Below, piece after piece: positions 33,679 through 39,231 of a stretch of 39,231 bases of DNA. The stretch spans positions 50,226,407-50,265,637 of the forward strand of contig NC_068990.1 of assembly GCF_001194135.2 (NCBI RefSeq), in the 5' to 3' direction. The notes beneath the pieces are model-generated. The model did no database searches. It saw only the letters and a program-made list of their open reading frames with translations, and was not told where the DNA came from. The stretch is from Octopus bimaculoides. Taxonomy: Eukaryota. The position numbers and the translations under genes are program-made. How positions within the stretch are numbered: the stretch's first letter is position 1; every line of letters begins with the position of its first letter.

Positions 33679-34898
33679 AACATCCTTCCTGATAAAGTCT
33701 ACCTTTGACGTTTTACCTTCACCAGCGAATTTAGTCCAGTGGAACATACAAACAACTGATGAATGTAGATGCGAAGAGAAAGCAACGGTGAGACATGTTC
33801 TGTCAAACTGCAGGCTAGCACCAGACAGATATACACGGCATCACAATCAAGTCCTTGGTGTCATAAGCGCAGCACTCAAGAAGAAGATCAAGAGATATAA
33901 CAGGGGAGAATACCCAAAAATGGAAAAGTGTGGAAAAATATACTGGCTGCTGGAATTGAAACTAACATGACACTGTTGGAAAGCAAGTTTAGAGAGGGTA
34001 CAGGTTAAAACTACGTGCCCTTCCCCTCCATTAGTCAATTGAAGCTTAGACAGTGTCACGTGACAGTTAGCTGGTGCTGGCTGCTGGAGCCTACCAGCAA
34101 GTATTTAAATGGAAATTTGGCAGGATGGTCATTCGCCCACTGACATTCATTAACGCTGCATCAAAGAAACGCACTCAACACCAGAGCTGAAGACACCTCC
34201 GAAAGTGGGGGCCCCGCCATGTCGAAAACGGTAGAGGAGTAGGGATCGAAACCGGACGTGGTTCCTCCTGATGATGCCTTTAGCCATTGGATCCTATAAA
34301 GGAGCTGTTGAGGTAGCAAACCATTGAACGTGGTTGGAATTCCTAACCTCCTTTTAATGAAAAATTAACAACTATAGCTTACTATCTAAATACTACCTTA
34401 TATGTAATGAAACTTACCATCTGTTTCCTACATAAATACCAAAAGAAAATATTTCATCACTTGTTGAATAAGCTGTCAGGTGAAACTTAAGTAGTATTCA
34501 ACACAAATTCAATAATAAATTTAACTCTCCTTTCAGTTTCAAGTTTCCCTCACCATCAGTAAATCTGTCATTATACTTAAACTCACTTTAAACTAATACT
34601 CTTAATTTACATTATATAAGTATATAAAAAGGAAAAGAAAAATTAACAAGAACTCAGGTATTTCTGTTTAAATTTTATTCATTTTACCCAGGCTACCCTA
34701 TCTATTGTGTGAAAGATATACCTTCATATAGAACAAATATCAACACTGCATCAAGTCAAATCCCATTTAAATTATATCCTTTATAAATTAGTGTGTTTAT
34801 ATCAGTAAAAGGGAAAATTTTACTATAACTTCTATCTTATTTTATTACTTTTGTTATATGTGAAAATGGTAAAATTAAATCATTAAAAATATGTTTAC

Positions 34899-34965
34899 CT
34901 TATATAGGCACCCTTTTTACGAATTTGACAGATATCTGATGGTAGAATTCTTGACACCAATGGCA
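34899..34965 (-). CDS. ANKRD13C: Internal coding exon (67 nt) of the ANKRD13C-like gene, upstream of the 10305-10449 exon
   Basis: Encodes (V)PLVSRILPSDICQIRKKGAYI(R), compared with recalled human VPLLSRILPSDACKIYKQGINIR. Acceptor tttttatattttcAG (34966-34967), donor GTaaac (34897-34898). The terminal AG joins A at 10449 to form the Arg codon of RLDTT. Confidence 0.92.
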
Positions 34966-36652
34966 CTGAAAATATAAAAAATATGGCAATACTTACATCG
35001 GAATTAATATTAACAAGAAACTTATTACTTTTTCACTTGTTACTCTAGTGTTGGTGCTAATCCACCTAGATTAACAAAGCACACACTAATTCCCTGCCAG
35101 CAGCTAAGCCATCATATTTCAAAGCAACAAGGAGATTTAAAGATGGATAATGGCTAAATAAAAAAGTATTTATCTTGATTATTTATAAAAAGAATTCAAA
35201 TTCTGCAACTTAATCTTTGAATTCACTGGAAATTAGAAACATGTGCTCTAAAACCTGACTAGATTGGATTTTAGAGTTTGTAGTTTCTACCAATTTCTGT
35301 AACAACCTTCTTGTTCTGATCACTGGTTCTGCAATCACAATTATACTAGGTATCATTATGAATTTTTGAAAATATTTAAATAGAATTTCTACTGTATTTT
35401 TTTATGGAGGGCATCCAAAAACAAACGTTTTTACACCTCATTTGTGAAATTTAGATGAATATTTTAAGAAATGTGACATTTTAAATGGCCAGCGAATTGG
35501 TCAAAATCTTGCTTAATTGGCCTAAATAAATAACCAGCCATATTTGTGATGTCATATCTTTGAAACTGAGGTGATAATCATCTTCAAATTAAACAAATTA
35601 ATAGTATGCATAGCATAGCAGTTGCCTTCTTTTTTCAGATTCTTGAAGCTAAAACTCAATAGTTTTGACAAATTTTTTAAAGAAACAATCAATTTCACAG
35701 TGCTTTCAGACCTAGCTAAATTCAAAAGTACAAGCTATATGGAGTTGAGTTTTGGTACATTTGTAGTAGGTATAGAACTAAATAAATCAGGAAATTTTGG
35801 GAGATGATAGCATTTCAATAAAATTCTAAATGACTATTAAAAATGGTAAAGTTTCTGATCAGGATGCTCACATAAGTTGGATTTTCTCTATTTTTTTTTC
35901 CACCATGACCTTGGAAATGATGTGGGGAAGCTTTTTATGAAAAAAGGTTTTTGAAAATTTATGATGTTTTTTTTGTCTTCAAGCATCACACTTCTGAACT
36001 GATTTTGGCCAATTTCTTTTATGCACTATGTACTTAAAAACAAAGGGAGAAGCTTTTTTGATGGTAAAAAAAAAAAAAAAAAAATTCAAATGTAAAGGTG
36101 TGTGATTTAAGGGAGATTCAGCCGTTGTTTCTAGTACATCCCACGACCACCTGGAACGTTTCTCAGAATTACATGTAGACCTAGATTTGAAAAATTACAT
36201 GATTAAAAAATTACATGTAGACCTAGATTAAAAAACAAACAAAATCTATTAATTCCTTGCTTTAACATCAAAGTATAAATTAAATTGCTGTAACTTACAG
36301 CAAACTCGTGAGTAGGAGAGAGAGAAACCAAAAAACAACCCAGGACGACTATGTCAACACTACTACAAATTAATCTAACTGTATTCAAAATTGGAAGAAA
36401 AAAAGCATCACATTGGATTTAATAGTCTACAAAACAATATTCATTGCACAATATAATTTTTATTGCTGAAATTTGACCAATATTTCTCAAAGAAATTTAC
36501 ATGTACAAGAATATCTGCTAGCTAAAATTCAGATGTTGCTCTCCATATGTTAAAACAGCAAGAGTGATTAAACAACGTTCTCAATATGACAATTCCATGC
36601 TAAGTTTAGACTGTAAAAGACTTATGTAGCTCAATTTAGTACTCAATGTTCA

Positions 36653-37502
36653 CTTGATCATTTTCATGTCAAAGTACATTTTTTCCACAAAAAATTATAT
36701 ATCATTTGAAAGTTCTGGATGTTAACTATATTTTCATATAGTTTTGATAAAAATCCAACACTTATATAATGTCAGGGTTCCTTAATCACCCTGGTATTTC
36801 CACCTATTCACAGAAATATATGTTTACTTAATAATTAGTTTGTCTATTTATTGAAATTCTGGCTAAAACTTGATATTTGAAATCTTGGATTCATGTTCTC
36901 TTTGATCTCTCACTCATCAGTTTGACAGGTAGTGTCAGCATAGCACCCTCTTTAGTGATTTTGTGCTCTTTTGTCACATCATAGCCAGATTTGGCAATGA
37001 CCATAAAGAATTTGTGAGAAGTTTTTCTTTCTTATGATATAAAAATTTTAAAGAAAATATGTTCTTTTCTAAGTGAAAATTAATGAGAAAATTTTCACTT
37101 TTATATTTCATAATGATTATCTTGCCTACCTCCATCAATTTTTATATCAAAATGAAGCAAAACAGTCATTTTCATGACTGTATGGTTTTCAACACAAATT
37201 TCAACACAAAACCATACATGACTGTACGATTTTCAACACAAATCTAGATCAGTGCATTGACCTAGAATAAAGGCTATCAGTCAGCAAACAGGACAAACTT
37301 TATGAATGGGTGGAAATACCAGGGTGATTGAAGGACCCTGGCATATGTAAGAGTTAGATTTTGATTAAAACTATATGAGAAGTTCACATCCAGATCTTTC
37401 AAATGATGTATAATTTTCTACTCTTTTACTCGTTTCAGCCATGTGGCTGCAGTCATGCTAGAGCAGGAAAAAAATATGTACTTTGACATGAAAATGATCA
37501 AG
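36653..37502. mobile_element. Second foldback/MITE-like element (~160-bp diverged inverted arms) with a SINE-end remnant in the right arm
   Basis: CTTGATCATTTTCATGTCAAAGTACAT vs ATGTACTTTGACATGAAAATGATCAAG; AATCACCCTGGTATTTCCACC vs GGTGGAAATACCAGGGTGATT. An extra ~46 nt (ACTCTTTTACTCGTTTCAGCC..) sits at ~37420-37465. Confidence 0.75.
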
Positions 37503-38824
37503 CAGAATGTTGTTCATGATGTGACACCCCCTCTAGTGCTGGTGACATAAAATGCATCCAGTACACTCTGTAGTGGTTGGTGTTAGGAAGGTAATCCAAC
37601 TTTAGAAGCTATGCCAAAAATGGAAAGCACAAACAAGATATGGTTCCAACCTGTCTAAGTGGACAATAACTCTGAATAACAAGTGACTTGGACTGTGATA
37701 ACACACAATCCAAATCAGTACAGAAAACAAACATAAAATGATAACTGAAGAAAATTTAGATGGTACCATGGCTTATCTAATAATGGCTATTTAAAAAAAA
37801 AAGGTAATATCACTTACTCCTTGAACTTCAATAGTACCAATTTTTTCCCAGCTCTCTCATTATTTTTGTTTCTTTGTCACAATTCTTTTTTCTTCGTATA
37901 TATTATTGGTTGTTGTTAAAAACTCTGAATTTCTTAAAATTCTGCATAAGGATTGTTGGATTTATCTATCAAACATGAGGATTTACCTGGGATTTGTATT
38001 CTACATACATTTACTGGTGTAGCAAACAAGTCGTAAACAGTGGTAATATGATGTAATGATCATGTTGCCCGAACAAGTATAATTGTTAGTTTCCCATTGG
38101 TTAAAATTACTGCCCATATTTGAATTCTAAACTTTCGTCAAAGAGAAATCTTTCATGAAATACAGTTCTTAGAATTCAGGCATGAGCAATTATAAAAACC
38201 CCGATTTTTGGGAAATTAATCAGTGGTTGTTGGTTGTCAATAGACTCCACGACACTCACTTTAGTGTCTGATGGTTGTCATTCATCTCCACAACACTCAC
38301 TCCTTTGAGATACTGGCTATTTTTACGCCATGTCTATTACTTAAATCCAACAAGACTTATTTGAATTGTTGTGTAAACTCTAGTAAGTTTAGTATGAAAG
38401 AATTAGCTAGTATAAATTTTATGTCGTAACTCTCTACGACAAATTGCTTTACTTCTAAATGTACTGTAAATATTAAATGTACATGAATAAACTAATGTAA
38501 TAAATATTTTCTCTTTCTTCCCATCTTTCAACCTGTTAATGAAATTTATTTCTGCAACTATGAAACTGTTTTTATAGCAGTGAAAATGAACACGAACTAA
38601 TTTATCTTCAACATACATGCACATTCAACATGTTCATTTAAGCATCTTGACGTATATGTTTTCACTACAGCATTTATGTAGCTTGAGTTAGGATTTATGT
38701 CTAGTGATAATACTTATAGGGCTTTCCTATAAGTAGGTTATCTCCCTTGGCTAGGCGGCGCTCCATGTAGACAATTAAACTTCCGCAGACTATCCACGCT
38801 ATTGTTATTGTTTTACGTCTTATC

Positions 38825-39082
38825 ATGATACTTATCGAAGTACTTACTGTGCCTGAGTTAAAGAAATATTTAAGAATATATGGACAGTATGTTACTGGAA
38901 GAAAGGCGGACTTGATTGAAAGGTTGAAAGGTATAAAAATTCTGTCGATGAAGAATGTCAACAAAGTAAATTCATCTGACGATAAGTCTGAAGTATCGGA
39001 TGATACTTCAGACAGGAATAAGCAGAAGCTTATATCTCCTCTCGGTGAAGTATTGCCTGATCCCAATCTGCTTTCAGCATAG
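38825..39082 (+). CDS. Short ORF with an N-terminal SAP DNA-binding motif; probably a truncated DNA-transposon gene
   Basis: LTVPELKKYLRIYGQYVTGRKADLIERL fits the SAP consensus (LxVxELKxxLxxxGLxxxGxKxxLIxRL), followed by an acidic/Ser linker and EVLPDP, then a stop. Confidence 0.6.
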   Translation: MILIEVLTVPELKKYLRIYGQYVTGRKADLIERLKGIKILSMKNVNKVNSSDDKSEVSDDTSDRNKQKLISPLGEVLPDPNLLSA

Positions 39083-39216
39083 CTTTCAGCAACCATTCAC
39101 TGAGTTGGCCATGAGCATGATGAGGTGTAGAAGAGGTAGGGACAGTCACACTATAAAGTCTAATAATTAGAGGAATATTAGATTCAATGCTGTAAATTTA
39201 TTATTTAATCAAACAA

Positions 39217-39231
39217 ACACACACACACACA
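39217..39231. repeat. (CA)n microsatellite, runs off the window
   Basis: Read directly. Confidence 0.8.

Larger units (their letters stand above)
32500..34330 (+). mobile_element. Decayed 3' half of a HERO-clade (restriction-like endonuclease) non-LTR retrotransposon, split by a MITE
   Basis: LPEKFKCWILQFGLYPR, GLPKPLNTTALYG..LQLPITSITKEYKAGKAR, TGKKWKAEEAV, QQGQCLRWE, (ART)SFLIKSTFDVLPSPANLVQW, C..HVLSNC, RYTRHHNQVL. These match HERO-type LPGKFKAW..RYTWRHNQVL motifs as I recall them. The 3' limit is approximate. Confidence 0.8.
10450..34898 (-). other. ~24.4 kb phase-2 GT-AG intron of the ANKRD13C-like gene
   Basis: Defined by the two exons joining in frame. Length is approximate because of N gaps. 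Confidence 0.85.

Noticed and set aside
35400-36110. Possible further inverted-repeat element
   Set aside because: Only short, patchy complementarity by eye; no TIR or TSD could be defined.
36165-36235. Short tandem duplication (AATTACATGTAGACCTAGATT twice); similar one at ~37180-37245
   Set aside because: Only two imperfect units with no unique spacers; ordinary slippage duplications, not CRISPR-like arrays.
37811-37880. Strong minus-strand donor (GGA|GTAAGTG at 37817) suggesting an upstream exon
   Set aside because: No frame resembles ANKRD13C, all frames meet stops nearby, and no clear acceptor was found. It could be a non-coding exon but is unsupported.
38701-39096. 131-aa minus-strand ORF overlapping the SAP ORF
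   Set aside because: No recognisable motif; probably the antisense shadow of the SAP ORF.

Overview
Eukaryotic, AT-rich, repeat-dense genomic DNA with assembly gaps. The repeat families resemble those of coleoid cephalopods, probably Octopus (inference). The only host gene I can support is a minus-strand ANKRD13C-like gene. Two coding exons (34899-34965 and 10305-10449) splice in frame across a ~24.4 kb intron; the neighbouring exons were not found in the window. Most of the rest is nested transposon sequence: a full-length but decayed Tx1/L1-clade LINE with a 14-bp TSD inside one arm of a long foldback element; four large copies of one RTE-clade LINE whose ORF carries a C4HC3 PHD-type finger after the RT core; R4/Dong and HERO fragments; a decayed Helitron RepHel interrupted by a piggyBac and a SINE; a telomere-repeat-containing MITE; several tRNA-SINEs; and a short SAP-domain ORF. 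No prokaryotic system, CRISPR array, rRNA or tRNA gene is supported. The most interesting signals concern transposon biology and pre-mRNA double-stranded structure, not a new enzymatic system.
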